Shown here: piece after piece, positions 18,992 to 29,074 of the stretch
How positions within the stretch are numbered: the stretch's first letter is position 1
Layout of the letters: every line of letters starts with the position of its first letter
Source of the DNA: an uncultured Candidatus Rokubacteria bacterium
GTDB taxonomy: Bacteria > Methylomirabilota > Methylomirabilia > Rokubacteriales > CSP1-6
Assembly (NCBI GenBank): GCA_963771355.1
Contig: CAVYTA010000006.1
Location: 2,304,001-2,368,000, forward strand
Length of the DNA stretch: 64,000 bases
Direction of reading: 5' to 3'
Made by a program: the position numbers and the translations under genes
The notes under the pieces: generated by a model
The model's database searches: none
Seen by the model: the letters and a program-made list of their open reading frames with translations, nothing else
What the model was told of the DNA's origin: nothing

Positions 18992-20653
18992 ATGGCAGAC
19001 CCGTACCTGGGCCGTCGCGACCAGATGTTCCCCCGGCTGACCCCGGCTCAGATCGAACGGATCTCCGCGGTCGGCGAGCGTCGCAGCGTCCGCTCGGGCG
19101 AGGTGCTGTTCGAGCTCGGGGAGCAAAACACCCGCTTCTTCGTGGTCATCGAGGGCGCCGTCGAGATCGTGCGCCCGGTCGACGGTCGTGAACAGCCGAT
19201 CGTGGTGCACGGCCCCGGCGAATTCACGGGCGAGATCAACATGCTATCCGCGCGCCGCGCCATCGTCCTCGGGCGGGCTCTCGGCGACGGGTCGATCGTC
19301 GTCGTCGATCGTGAGCATCTGCGCGCGCTCGTGCAGCGAGACTTCGAGCTCAGCGAGATCCTCATGCGTTCCTTCATTCTGCGGAGGGTGGCGCTCATCG
19401 CCCACGGCGACAGCGGCCTGGTCCTCATCGGCTCTCGGCATTCGGCAAACACGCTACAGATCAGAGAGTTCCTGACTCGAAACGCGCAGCCGTTCACATA
19501 CCAGGACGTGGAGAGCGACCCGGACGTGCAGGCGCTCCTGGATCGGTTCCAGGTCGGGGTCGACGACGTGCCCGTGGTCGTGTGCGAGGGGGGCCAGGTG
19601 CTGAGGAACCCCTCGATCGAGGCACTGGCCTCGGGGCTCGGCCTGAGCCCCGAGTTCGACGCCGGGGTGACGAGGGACGTGGTCATCGTTGGCGCGGGAC
19701 CGGCGGGTCTCGCGGCCGCGGTCTACGCCGCATCGGAGGGGCTCGACGTGCTGGTGCTCGAGACCACCGCGCCCGGCGGCCAGGCCGGCTCGAGCTCACG
19801 CATCGAGAACTATCTCGGATTCCCCACCGGCATCTCCGGCCAGGACCTGGCTGGGCGTGCGCTCATGCAGACCGAGAAGTTCGGCGCGGAGGTGGCCATC
19901 GCCCGGGGGGCCGTCGGTCTCGACTGCACGTCGAAGCCCTACGCGGTCCGCCTGGCGACCGGCGAAGTCGTGCGTACGAGGACCGTCGTCATCGCCAGCG
20001 GCGCCAGGTACCGGAAGCCCGCCCTCTCGGAGCTCTCGCGTTTCGAGGGAGCGGGCATCATGTACAGCGCCACCCACGTCGAAGCGCAGCTCTGCAAGGA
20101 GGAGGAGATCGCCATCGTGGGGGGCGGCAATTCCGCCGGACAGGCGGCCGTCTTTCTCTCGCAGAGCTCGGCCCAGGTGAACGTGCTCGTGCGAGGCCCG
20201 GGGCTCGCGGCGAGCATGTCGCGCTACCTCATCCAGCGAATCGAAGACAGCTCGAACGTGGTGCTGCGTGCGCGCACGCAGATCGACGCGCTCGAGGGAA
20301 CCGACCGCCTCGAGGGGATCCGCTGGCGCCATCTCGACACCGGACAATCGCAGACGCGCCCGATCCGTCACCTGTTCCTGATGACCGGCGCCGACCCGAA
20401 CACCGCCTGGCTCGGCGGATGCGTGGTGCTTGACGACAAGAACTTCGTCAAGACCGGCGCCGAGCTCCACCCCGATGAGCTCGAAGAGGCGGGATGGCCT
20501 CTCGCCCGCCGGCCCGATCTGCTGGAGACGAGCATGCCGGGTGTCTTCGCGGTCGGCGATGCACGGTCGGGCAGCGTCAAGCGTGTGGCGTCGGCGGTGG
20601 GCGAGGGCTCGGTGTGCGTCCAGCTCATCCACCGGGCGCTCCGTGAGCTGTAG
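18992..20653 (+). CDS. Cyclic-nucleotide-binding domain fused to a thioredoxin-reductase-like FAD oxidoreductase
   Basis: N-terminal cNMP domain (GEFTGEINML), GAGPAG, SSRIENYLGFP, GGGNSAGQ, FAVGD, KRVASAVGEG. Confidence 0.9.
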   Translation: MADPYLGRRDQMFPRLTPAQIERISAVGERRSVRSGEVLFELGEQNTRFFVVIEGAVEIVRPVDGREQPIVVHGPGEFTGEINMLSARRAIVLGRALGDGSIVVVDREHLRALVQRDFELSEILMRSFILRRVALIAHGDSGLVLIGSRHSANTLQIREFLTRNAQPFTYQDVESDPDVQALLDRFQVGVDDVPVVVCEGGQVLRNPSIEALASGLGLSPEFDAGVTRDVVIVGAGPAGLAAAVYAASEGLDVLVLETTAPGGQAGSSSRIENYLGFPTGISGQDLAGRALMQTEKFGAEVAIARGAVGLDCTSKPYAVRLATGEVVRTRTVVIASGARYRKPALSELSRFEGAGIMYSATHVEAQLCKEEEIAIVGGGNSAGQAAVFLSQSSAQVNVLVRGPGLAASMSRYLIQRIEDSSNVVLRARTQIDALEGTDRLEGIRWRHLDTGQSQTRPIRHLFLMTGADPNTAWLGGCVVLDDKNFVKTGAELHPDELEEAGWPLARRPDLLETSMPGVFAVGDARSGSVKRVASAVGEGSVCVQLIHRALREL

Positions 20654-20683
20654 CGCGCGCCATTCTCGTTCCGCGCCCCTTCG

Positions 20684-20816
20684 CTAATCACTCATAAGCG
20701 ATGCTGCCGCCACGCGCATGAAGGCCTCCAGGTGCTCGGCGACGACCTGATGGAGCACGGTGTGCTCGGCGTCGCGGGGCCGGTAGACCGCTCGCTGGAG
20801 GGCCATGGCTCCCAAG
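20684..20816 (-). mobile_element. Remnant of the 5' end of an IS91-family transposase gene
   Basis: MALQRAVYRPRDAEHTVLHQVVAEHLEAF resembles the N-terminus that precedes the zinc-binding domain of IS91-like transposases; it truncates after about 35 aa. Confidence 0.65.
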
Positions 20817-21013
20817 CACGCGGCCCGACTCCTTCTTGAACGCGCCGTGACTGAAGAAGGCGTACTCACCGGGCTGGAGCGACGCGCGAGGAGTGAGCGG
20901 TGGAATCGAACATGTTTGCGATGATTCGCTGGGGTCTCCGCGTCCCTGAGGGGGTCCGCGAATTGTGGCTCTACCCATCGCGCGCCGTCAAGTCCAAGGT
21001 GTAGAATCCCGCC

Positions 21014-22414
21014 ATGCCTCGACCGATGAGCGACGATGGCGCGCGTCAGAGCCTCCGCGGCTTCGTATCGGCGCTGGAGCAGGCCCACCCGGGCGAGGTG
21101 GTGCGCATCACGGAGCCCGTGGACCTCGCCTACCAGACGCAAGCGCTAGCACTGGAGCTCGAGCGGCGGCGGCGGTTTCCCTTGCTGATCTTCGAGCAGG
21201 TCCGCGGCCACTCGATCCCCATCGTGTCGAATGTCACGGCGAGCCGGCGAGGGCTCGCGACGGCTCTCGGGGTCGACGAGGCGCAGCTCCCGGAGGAGTA
21301 CGCCAAGCGGCTGAAGGAGCCGATCAAGCCCGTCGTCCTCGACCGCCCGCCCTTCGCGCTCGAGGTCAGGAGTGGTGATGCGGTAGACCTTGGCGCCCTG
21401 CCCATCCCGACGTATTTTCCTGGCGACGGCGGCCCCTACCTGACGGCGGGGCTTCTCACCGCGCGGGACCCTGCCACGGGAGTCTCCACCGCGGGCTTCC
21501 ACCGGTTTCAGGTCAAGGGGCCGGACCGGCTCGGCGTGAGCCTCCACTCGCGCCGGCGCATGTACGAATTCCAGCAGCGGGCGGAGAAGGCCGGACGGAG
21601 CCTCGACTGCGCCATCGTCATCGGGCTCCATCCTGCCGTCGGGATGGGGTCGCTCTCTTATCCAGCGCCGGAGATCTCGAAGTTCGAGGTGGTCGGCGGG
21701 CTGTTCGGAGAGTCCATGCAGCTTCGGCGGGCGGAGACGGTCGACCTCGACGTCCCGGCCTGGGCCGAAATCGTGATTGAAGGCGAGATCCTGCCGGCCG
21801 CGCGCGAGCCCGAGGGCCCCTTCGGGGAGTTCACCGGCTACTTCTCGCGCCGGAGCACCGACAACATCTTCGTGGCGCGCGCCATCGTGCTGCGACAAGG
21901 CGCGTGGTTCCACTCGATCGCTTCCGGCCGGGCGCCCGACCACATCTTGCCGCTGGGTGTCCTGCGGGAGGCCGAGATCCGCAACTCGCTCCGCCGCGTG
22001 ATCCCGGGAGTGCGCGCGGTACACGTGCCGGTGTCGGGCGGCGCGTCGTTCACCGCGTACGTATCGATCAAGCAGACGCGGCCCGGGGAGGCCAAGCACG
22101 CCATCTCCGTCGTCCTCGGGGTGGATCACTACCTCAAGCTCGTAGTCATCGTGGACGACGACATCGACGTGTTCGATGAATCCGACGTCCTGTGGGCGAT
22201 GGCGACCCGGGTGCAGCCCGACCGTGACCTCGTCATCATCAGCGGCAGCCTCGGCGCGATCCTCGATCCTTCGGCGAGCCCCGAGGGGCTGACCGCAAAG
22301 CTCGGCATCGACGCCACGAGGGCCTTCGGCGAGGCCGGAGCGGAGAAGCTCGTCATGTCCGCCGAGGCGATGGCCTGGGCGCGCGCCCTGGTCGACCGGC
22401 TCTCGCGCGGCTAG
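21014..22414 (+). CDS. UbiD family prFMN-dependent decarboxylase
   Basis: DGGPYLT, EIVIEG, EGPFGEFTGY, VDDDID, KLGIDAT. Confidence 0.93.
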   Translation: MPRPMSDDGARQSLRGFVSALEQAHPGEVVRITEPVDLAYQTQALALELERRRRFPLLIFEQVRGHSIPIVSNVTASRRGLATALGVDEAQLPEEYAKRLKEPIKPVVLDRPPFALEVRSGDAVDLGALPIPTYFPGDGGPYLTAGLLTARDPATGVSTAGFHRFQVKGPDRLGVSLHSRRRMYEFQQRAEKAGRSLDCAIVIGLHPAVGMGSLSYPAPEISKFEVVGGLFGESMQLRRAETVDLDVPAWAEIVIEGEILPAAREPEGPFGEFTGYFSRRSTDNIFVARAIVLRQGAWFHSIASGRAPDHILPLGVLREAEIRNSLRRVIPGVRAVHVPVSGGASFTAYVSIKQTRPGEAKHAISVVLGVDHYLKLVVIVDDDIDVFDESDVLWAMATRVQPDRDLVIISGSLGAILDPSASPEGLTAKLGIDATRAFGEAGAEKLVMSAEAMAWARALVDRLSRG

Positions 22415-22419
22415 CGCGC

Positions 22420-23538
22420 CTACGGCTTCAGGATCACGCGGGTGGCCGCCGTGCCCGTGCTCTTTCCCTGCCACTCGGCCATCTCGAAGGCCTTGTTGAT
22501 GTCCTTGAGCGGGAAGCTGTGGGACACCAGCGACGTGAGCAGGTACTTCGCGTTCGTGCGCACCAGGAACTCCAGCGCGGCGGGGATGATCCAGGGATCG
22601 TAGTGGGTGACGCCCAGCCACTTGATCTGGTTGGTGATGACGAGCGTGGCGGGCAGCGTCACCGTCTGCGGCACGATGTTGCCGATGTCCACGTATTTGC
22701 CGTTGATCCTAACCATGTTGAGGCCTTCCAACGTGGCCGCGGCGATCCCGACCACTTCCACCACGATGTCGGCGCCGCGCCCGTCGGTGAGCTCCTTCAC
22801 CCGCGCGATGCGCTTCTCCGGCGTCGGGTACTCGTTCATGTCGATGACATCGGTGGCGCCGCACTTCGTCGCCAGCGCCAGCCGCGGAGCCTGGCCGTCC
22901 ACCGAGATCACGCGCGCGGCGCCTTTCTCGGCCGCCACCGCCGCCGCGTAGATCCCGAGCCCGCCCGCGCCCTGGATGACCACCACGTCGCCGAACTTCA
23001 TCTCCGCCGACTCGAGCCCGTAGAGCACCTGGCAAAGCGCGCAGTTCACGGGCGGAATGGCGTCGTCGGGCAGCTCGTCCGGCACCTTGAACGCGTAATG
23101 ACCGGGCGGGAGGTAGTAGTACTCCGCATAGCCGCCGTCACAGTAGGGGTACTCGTTCAGCGTGAACTGATTGCTCTTCCGCTGGCGATGCGGGCAGGCG
23201 TGGTGCTCGCCGCGCACGCACCAGTAGCAGCGGTTGCACGGATTGAAGAAGGGGAACGCGATGCGGTCGCCCTCCTTCAGCGGGCGGCGGAGGGAGTCGA
23301 ACTGCACGCCCTTGCCCAGCGCCGCCACCACGCCGGTGAACTCGTGCCCGGGCACGCGGCGGATATCGGGGCCGGAATAATTCCCGTCATTCCGCCAGTA
23401 GTGCAAATCCGAGCCACAGATGGCGGCGGCGGTGTTCTTGACGAGGAGCCCGCCGGGCTCGACCTCGGGCGTGGGCAGGGTTTCCAGGGCGAGCGGCTTG
23501 CCCGGCTGGAGCAGAACGGCGGTGAGTCCCTTGGGCAC
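22420..23538 (-). CDS. Zinc-dependent alcohol dehydrogenase (MDR family)
   Basis: ICGSD, GHEFTG, CNRCYWC...C, GAGGLG; RBS AAGGAG before GTG 23538. Confidence 0.93.
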   Translation of the reverse strand: MPKGLTAVLLQPGKPLALETLPTPEVEPGGLLVKNTAAAICGSDLHYWRNDGNYSGPDIRRVPGHEFTGVVAALGKGVQFDSLRRPLKEGDRIAFPFFNPCNRCYWCVRGEHHACPHRQRKSNQFTLNEYPYCDGGYAEYYYLPPGHYAFKVPDELPDDAIPPVNCALCQVLYGLESAEMKFGDVVVIQGAGGLGIYAAAVAAEKGAARVISVDGQAPRLALATKCGATDVIDMNEYPTPEKRIARVKELTDGRGADIVVEVVGIAAATLEGLNMVRINGKYVDIGNIVPQTVTLPATLVITNQIKWLGVTHYDPWIIPAALEFLVRTNAKYLLTSLVSHSFPLKDINKAFEMAEWQGKSTGTAATRVILKP

Positions 23539-23660
23539 GGTGATCTCCTTGTCGAGTGCAGACTCGCGGCTGGTCCGCGGCGGGCCCCACGGTAGCATCG
23601 GACGCGCCCGGCTCGCCAGCCTTCGGCGCGAGTGGAGGCTCCGGCTCCCCCGCCCGCGCC

Positions 23661-23690
23661 TTGACAGGGCGCGCCGGAAACACGTAGCGT
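23661..23690 (+). promoter_or_regulatory. Sigma70-like promoter for the CoA transferase gene (probably leaderless)
   Basis: TTGACA-18 nt-TAGCGT, ending 7 nt before ATG 23698; no Shine-Dalgarno. Confidence 0.5.
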
Positions 23691-23697
23691 CGGGCCC

Positions 23698-24892
23698 ATG
23701 CCCGGGCCTCTGCAGGGCGTCCGTATCGTCGACGCCACCACCGTCGTGCTGGGTCCCCTCGCCACGCAGATGCTGGGCGACCTAGGCGCCGACATCGTCA
23801 AGGTCGAGCCGCCCGAGGGCGACACCACACGCAAGCTCGGCCCCACGCGCAACCCCGACATGGCCGCGTTCTACCTCGCATGCAACCGGAACAAGCGAAG
23901 CATCGTGCTGGACCTCAAGCAGCGCGGCCGGCCACGCGGCGCTGATCCGCCTGATCACGGGCGCGGACGTCTTCGTCCACAACTTCCGGCCCCAGGCGGC
24001 GGCGCGGCTCAAGGTCGAGTACGAGCGGGTGCGCGCGGTCAATCCCGGCATCGTCTACTGCGCGACGTACGGCTTCCGCGCCGCCGGCCCCTACGGCAAC
24101 AAGCCCGTCTACGACGACATCATCCAGGCGGCGTCCGGCCTCGCGTCCCTCCAGGCCCCGCTGGTCGGCGATCCGCGCTACCTCCCTACCATCGTGGCCG
24201 ACAAGACCAGCTCGATGGCGGTGGCCCATGCCCTCCTCGCCGCGCTCTACCACAAGGCGCGCACCGGCGAGGGCCAGGCCATCGAGGTGCCGATGTTCGA
24301 GACGGTGGTCGCGTGGATGATGGTCGAGCATCTCTACGGCGAGACGTTCCGGCCCGCCCTCGACACGCCCGGCTACAAACGCGTGCTCAACCGCTGGCGT
24401 CGCCCCTTCCCCACCAAGGATGGTTACCTCGCCATCATTCCCTACACCGACACGCACTGGCAGGCATTCTTCCGCGGCGCGGGCCGCGAGGACCTCCTCG
24501 CCGACCCGCGTTTCCAAACCCTGGCCTCGCGGCTCACCCACATCGAGCTCCTCTACGAGGAGCTGGGAAAGATCGCCGCCACCCGCACCAACGCGGAGTG
24601 GCTGACGCTGCTCGACGCCGCCAACGTGCCCGCCACCGTCGTCAACACGCTGGACTCGATCCTCACCGATCCGCAGCTCGAGGCCACCGGGTTCTGGAAG
24701 ACCATCGAGCACCCTAGCGAGGGCCTGCTCCGCACCCCGGACATCCCTGCGACGTACAGCCGGACGCCCGGCGAGATCCGCCGCCATCAGCCGCGGCTCG
24801 GCGAGCACAGCGTGGAGATCCTGAAGGAAGCCGGGATGTCCGACGAGGAGATCCGCGCGATGCTCGCCGCCGGGGCGACCGCCCAGCCCTAG
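23698..24892 (+). CDS. CaiB/BaiF family III CoA transferase (frameshift near 23925)
   Basis: LGDLGADIVKVEPPEGD, NRNKRSIVLDLK, then HNFRP, YDDIIQA, PRLGEHS in the next frame. Confidence 0.9.
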
Positions 24893-24908
24893 CCCGGCGC
24901 TGACGCGG

Positions 24909-25521
24909 TCACACGACGCCGAGGCCGTGTGCGGTGAGGCCGGCGCGCACGCCTTCCACTCCGCCCACGCGATACGCCGAGAGCCCGGCCTCACGGGCCC
25001 CGGCGACATACGTCGCGTCGTCGTCGAAATAGAGGATGGCGGCGGGCGTGACCTCCAGTCGTGCGGCCAGCCGGCGGAAGGCCTCCGGCTCAGGTTTGCT
25101 GCGCGCCAAGCTCGGCCGAGAAGATCGCCCGCGGGCCGAAGATCTCCGCGGCCACCGGAAACACCTCTGCGAGGTGGCGCTTCAGGAGCAGCGGATTGTT
25201 GGTGAACATGCCCACCGGCCGAACGGTGGCGAGTTGCCGCGCGAGCGCGAGCATCGCCAGATCGGGCTCGGTTGCCGCTTTCCTGGCCTCGACCCATTCG
25301 GCCGCGCTGAGGGGATACCCGAGCCGCTCGCCGAACCCCTTCAGGTAGTCGTCGGCCGAGACCAGGCCCCGCTCCGCCTCGTCCTCGAACCCGGAACCCC
25401 AGATCGCGGCGTGAATCGCGTCGGGGCTCCGCCCGCTCCACGACGCCAGCAGGGCCAGCCGGCGCTCCCTCCGGTGGTGCGAGAGGACGCCATCCATGTC
25501 GAACACGACAGCCTCGATCAC
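24909..25521 (-). CDS. HAD family phosphatase (frameshift near 25095)
   Basis: VFDMDGV, FTNN, SKPEPEAF, YFDD, GLSA; two ORFs join. Confidence 0.85.
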
Positions 25522-25708
25522 GGATCAGGTTTTGATGGCGACCTCGCAACGGGCCTTGGCCCCGGCGAGGCGGCGCAGGTGCTCGAAGGCATTTTGCTTT
25601 CTACACTCGACACCCGAGAGGTCCACTCTCCACAGTACTCCTTCGGGCCTGCCGGATTTCAGGGAGGCCGGTCGCTAGGCGATTCGTAGCGCCCGTGCGA
25701 GACCGAAG

Positions 25709-26560
25709 TCAAGAGCGCCCCGTCGCCTGCTGCGGATCGAGCCAGTCACGGAGCCCGTCCGCGACCATGTTGAAGCCCAGGACCGCGGCCATGATGGCGA
25801 GACCCGGGAAGATCACCATCCAGGGCGCCTGGACCATGAAGCCGCGCCCGTCGGCGAGCATGAGACCGAGCGACGGCGTGGGCGGCCGCACCCCCACGCC
25901 GAGGAAGGACAGCGAGGCCTCCACCAGGATGGCGATGGCCATGAGCACCGAGGCCTGGACCAGCACCGGAGTCGCCGCATTGGGCAGGATGTGGCGCAGC
26001 ACGAGTCGTGGCACCGGCGCGCCGAGGGCGCGGGCGCCGTCCACGTAGACCTCGACCTTGGCGGCGAGGACGGCGGCACGCACCACGCGCGCCACGATGG
26101 GCGTGTAGACGACGGCCAGCGAGGCGGCGACGAGGACGACGCCGGTGCCGAAGACGCTCATGAGGGCGATGGCGAGGAGGATGGCCGGGAAGGACATGAG
26201 CACGTCGAGCGGCCGCATGATGAGCTGATCCAGCACGCCCTCGGCATAGCCGGCGACCAGGCCGAGCGACACGCCGGCGGCCAGCGCCAGCGCCACCGAG
26301 ACGATGGCCACACCGAGGGAGACGCGGTAGGCGTGGACGACCCGGCTCAGCATGCTCCGCCCGAGGTCGTCCATCCCGAAGGGCTGCCCGAGGGTGGGCG
26401 CGCGAAGGGCGTGGTCCTTGGCGATCTCCGTCGGGCTGCCCGGCACGATCCACGGCGCGAGGGCGGCGGCGAGGGCGAGCGCGCCGATGACGAGGACCCC
26501 GGCGAGGGTGATCCCGCGGTGCCGGGACGGGAACACGCGGCGGAGCGCGCCCGCCGTCAC
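25709..26560 (-). CDS. Peptide/nickel ABC transporter permease (DppC-like)
   Basis: FGMDDLGRS, LRHILPN, EASLSFLG. Confidence 0.93.
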   Translation of the reverse strand: MTAGALRRVFPSRHRGITLAGVLVIGALALAAALAPWIVPGSPTEIAKDHALRAPTLGQPFGMDDLGRSMLSRVVHAYRVSLGVAIVSVALALAAGVSLGLVAGYAEGVLDQLIMRPLDVLMSFPAILLAIALMSVFGTGVVLVAASLAVVYTPIVARVVRAAVLAAKVEVYVDGARALGAPVPRLVLRHILPNAATPVLVQASVLMAIAILVEASLSFLGVGVRPPTPSLGLMLADGRGFMVQAPWMVIFPGLAIMAAVLGFNMVADGLRDWLDPQQATGRS

Positions 26561-27501
26561 CGCCGTCGCACCCGCGGGTCGATGAGGCCGTAGAGGACGT
26601 CGGTGATCAGGTTGACCAGCATGAACATGGCGCCGATGACGAGCACCGTGCTCTGCACCACGGGATAGTTGCGCTCGAGCACGGCGTCGAGCGTCATGCG
26701 CCCGACCCCGGGGAGGGTGAAGATCATCTCGACCACGATGGCGCCGCCCAGCATGTACCCCACTTGCAGGCCGAGCACGGTGACGATGGGGATGGCGGCG
26801 TTCGGCAGGACGTGTCGGAAGAGGATGGCCCGCTCGCCGAGACCCTTGGCGCGGGCGTACTGCACGAAGCCGCGGTGCATGGTGTCGAGCACGGCGGCGC
26901 GGGTGAGCCGCCCGAGCACGGCGGCGCGGCTCACCGCGAGGGTGAGGGCGGGGAGCGCGAGGTGAACGAGATTGTCCGCGGGGCTCTCCGCGAAGGGCAC
27001 CCAGCCGCCCGAGGGCATGAGCCCCGCGCCCAGGGAGAGCCCGAGGATGAGCATGATGCCCAGCCAGAAGTCCGGGATGGAGACGCCCACCAGCCCGACC
27101 GCGAGGGCGGCCCGGTCGGCGGCGCTGCCACGCCGGCCGCCGGCGAGAAGCCCCAGCGGCACGCCGATGAGGGCGGTGCAGGCGGCGGCGAGGAGCGTCA
27201 GCTCGAGCGTGACGGGGAGGCGGTCGAGGATCATCCGTCCGATGGGCTCGTTCTGGCGGAAGTCGAGGCCGAAGTCTCCGCGGGCCACGCCGCCGAGCCA
27301 GCGGAGGTACTGCTGCGCGACGGACTCGTCGAGGTGGAAGGCCTCGCGGAGGGCGCGGATCCCCTCCGGCGTCGCCTTGAAGCCCAGCACCACCACCGCG
27401 GGGTCGCCCGGCACCACCCGCATGAGCGCGAAGACGAGCACGCTCATGCCCAGCAGCAGCGGCACGGCCAGGGCGAGCCGTCGCGCCGCGTAGACGAGCA
27501 T
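26557..27501 (-). CDS. Peptide/nickel ABC transporter permease (DppB-like)
   Basis: PGDP, GDFG, ARAKGL, GAIVVEMIF. Confidence 0.93.
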   Translation of the reverse strand: MLVYAARRLALAVPLLLGMSVLVFALMRVVPGDPAVVVLGFKATPEGIRALREAFHLDESVAQQYLRWLGGVARGDFGLDFRQNEPIGRMILDRLPVTLELTLLAAACTALIGVPLGLLAGGRRGSAADRAALAVGLVGVSIPDFWLGIMLILGLSLGAGLMPSGGWVPFAESPADNLVHLALPALTLAVSRAAVLGRLTRAAVLDTMHRGFVQYARAKGLGERAILFRHVLPNAAIPIVTVLGLQVGYMLGGAIVVEMIFTLPGVGRMTLDAVLERNYPVVQSTVLVIGAMFMLVNLITDVLYGLIDPRVRRR

Positions 27502-27513
27502 GGGCCGTGGTGA

Positions 27514-29074
27514 TCAGCCCAGCCAGGTGTCCTCGAAGCGCAGCTCGAGGGAGGACAGCGGCACGGATCCCTGCACGTTGGGCTTCATCCAGTAGCGCTG
27601 GATTTCATTGCTGAAGATGACGAGCGAGCCCTCCTCCTGGAAGAAGCGCACGAGGTCCGGGATACATCCGCCTGCGCGCGACCTGGTTCGGGGTGGTGCG
27701 GAAGGCGTCGAGGCGCTTGTCCGCCTCCTCGGACTTGAAGCCGGTGAAATTCCAGCCCGAGGAGGAGTGCTGCATCGGGTAGTAGAACATGTCGGGGTCC
27801 ACGGTGACGCTCCACCAGGCGCCGGCGATGTCGTACTTCTTGCCCACCAGCTCCTCGAAGTACTGGCCCGACTCGAGCGGCCGGACCTCCAGCGTGATCC
27901 CGACCTTCTTCAGCTGCTCGCGCAGAATCTCGCCCGTCTTCACCAGCACCGGCACCTGCGACTTCACGAGATAGGTAAGGGTGAGGCCGCCGCCCTTGCC
28001 CGCCTCCGCGAGGAGCTGCTTCGCCTTGGCCAAGTCGGGCCCGCCCTTGTGGACGTTCACGTTGGTCGCCCACGGGCTCGGTTCCGGCGTGGGCTCGGCG
28101 GTGACGGTGTGGGAGTCGTAGTAGACGAGCTTCACGATCTCGGAGCGGTCCAGCACCCAGGCGATGGCCTGGCGCAGCCGCTTGTCGTTCAGCGGGGGGC
28201 GGCTGGCGTTCAGCATGAGGAAGAAGGGGAAGTACGGCCGTCCGGGCGAGGCCTTCATGTCACGGGCCCTTTCCAGCTCGGCGATGCGCTGCGGCGGCAC
28301 AGTCTGTATCCACTGGTAGCGCCCGGTCTGAAGCCCGGTGAGGCGCACGGTGTCGTCGGCGGGCGCGTAGAAGATCACGCGGTCGAGATAGGGCTTGCCG
28401 GGACGGAAGTACTTGTCCCAGCGCTCGAGCGTGATGTGGTCGTCCTTCACCCACTCCACGAACTTGAAGGGCCCGGTGCCCACGGGGAAGAGCTTGGGGT
28501 CCTTCTCGCCGATGGCCTTCTCGTTGACGATCTCGGTGGCCTGGGACAGGACGGCCAGGAAGGGCCCGTACGGACGGCTCAGGTTGAAGCGCACCTGATA
28601 CTGGCCGATCGCCTCCACGCCCTCTACCGGCGAGAAGAACACACGCATGGGCAGCTTGTTCTTGGCGTCGAGGAGGCGGTTGAAGGTGAAGACCACGTCC
28701 TTGGCGGTGAAGGGCTCGCCGTTGTGGAAGGTGGCATTGTCCACCAGATCGAAGGTCCACGCTTTTTCGCCGTCCTGCTTCCAGGACTTCGCGAGCCCGG
28801 GGACGAACTGCCCGGCCTCGTCCACGTAGACCAGCTTGTTGTAGACGTTCTGGTAGACCTGGAGCGAGGAGTAGAGCTGGGCGAAGCCGGGATCCATGTT
28901 CACCGGCTTGTCCACGGTGGCGACGCGCAGGATGCCGCCGCGCTTGGGCTGGCCCTGCGCCCACGCCGCGCGCTGCACGCCGGGGCCGACGAGCGAGCCG
29001 AGTCCGGCGCCGGCGGCCAGCACACCGGTTTGCTTCAGCCACTCCCGCCGCGTGCTACCCGTCGAATCCGTCAT
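27514..29074 (-). CDS. Family 5 ABC substrate-binding protein with Tat signal (frameshift near 27660)
   Basis: TRREWLK Tat motif, FHNGEPFTAKDV, GTGPFKF; C-terminus LRFEDTWLG is in a shifted frame. Confidence 0.9.

Noticed and set aside
25524..25680. Possible 33-aa ORF or structured RNA upstream of the HAD gene
   Set aside because: Poor RBS spacing and no recognisable motif or RNA family.
23698..27660. Programmed frameshifting in the CoA transferase, HAD and binding-protein genes
   Set aside because: No shared slippery motif; scattered indels fit sequencing error.
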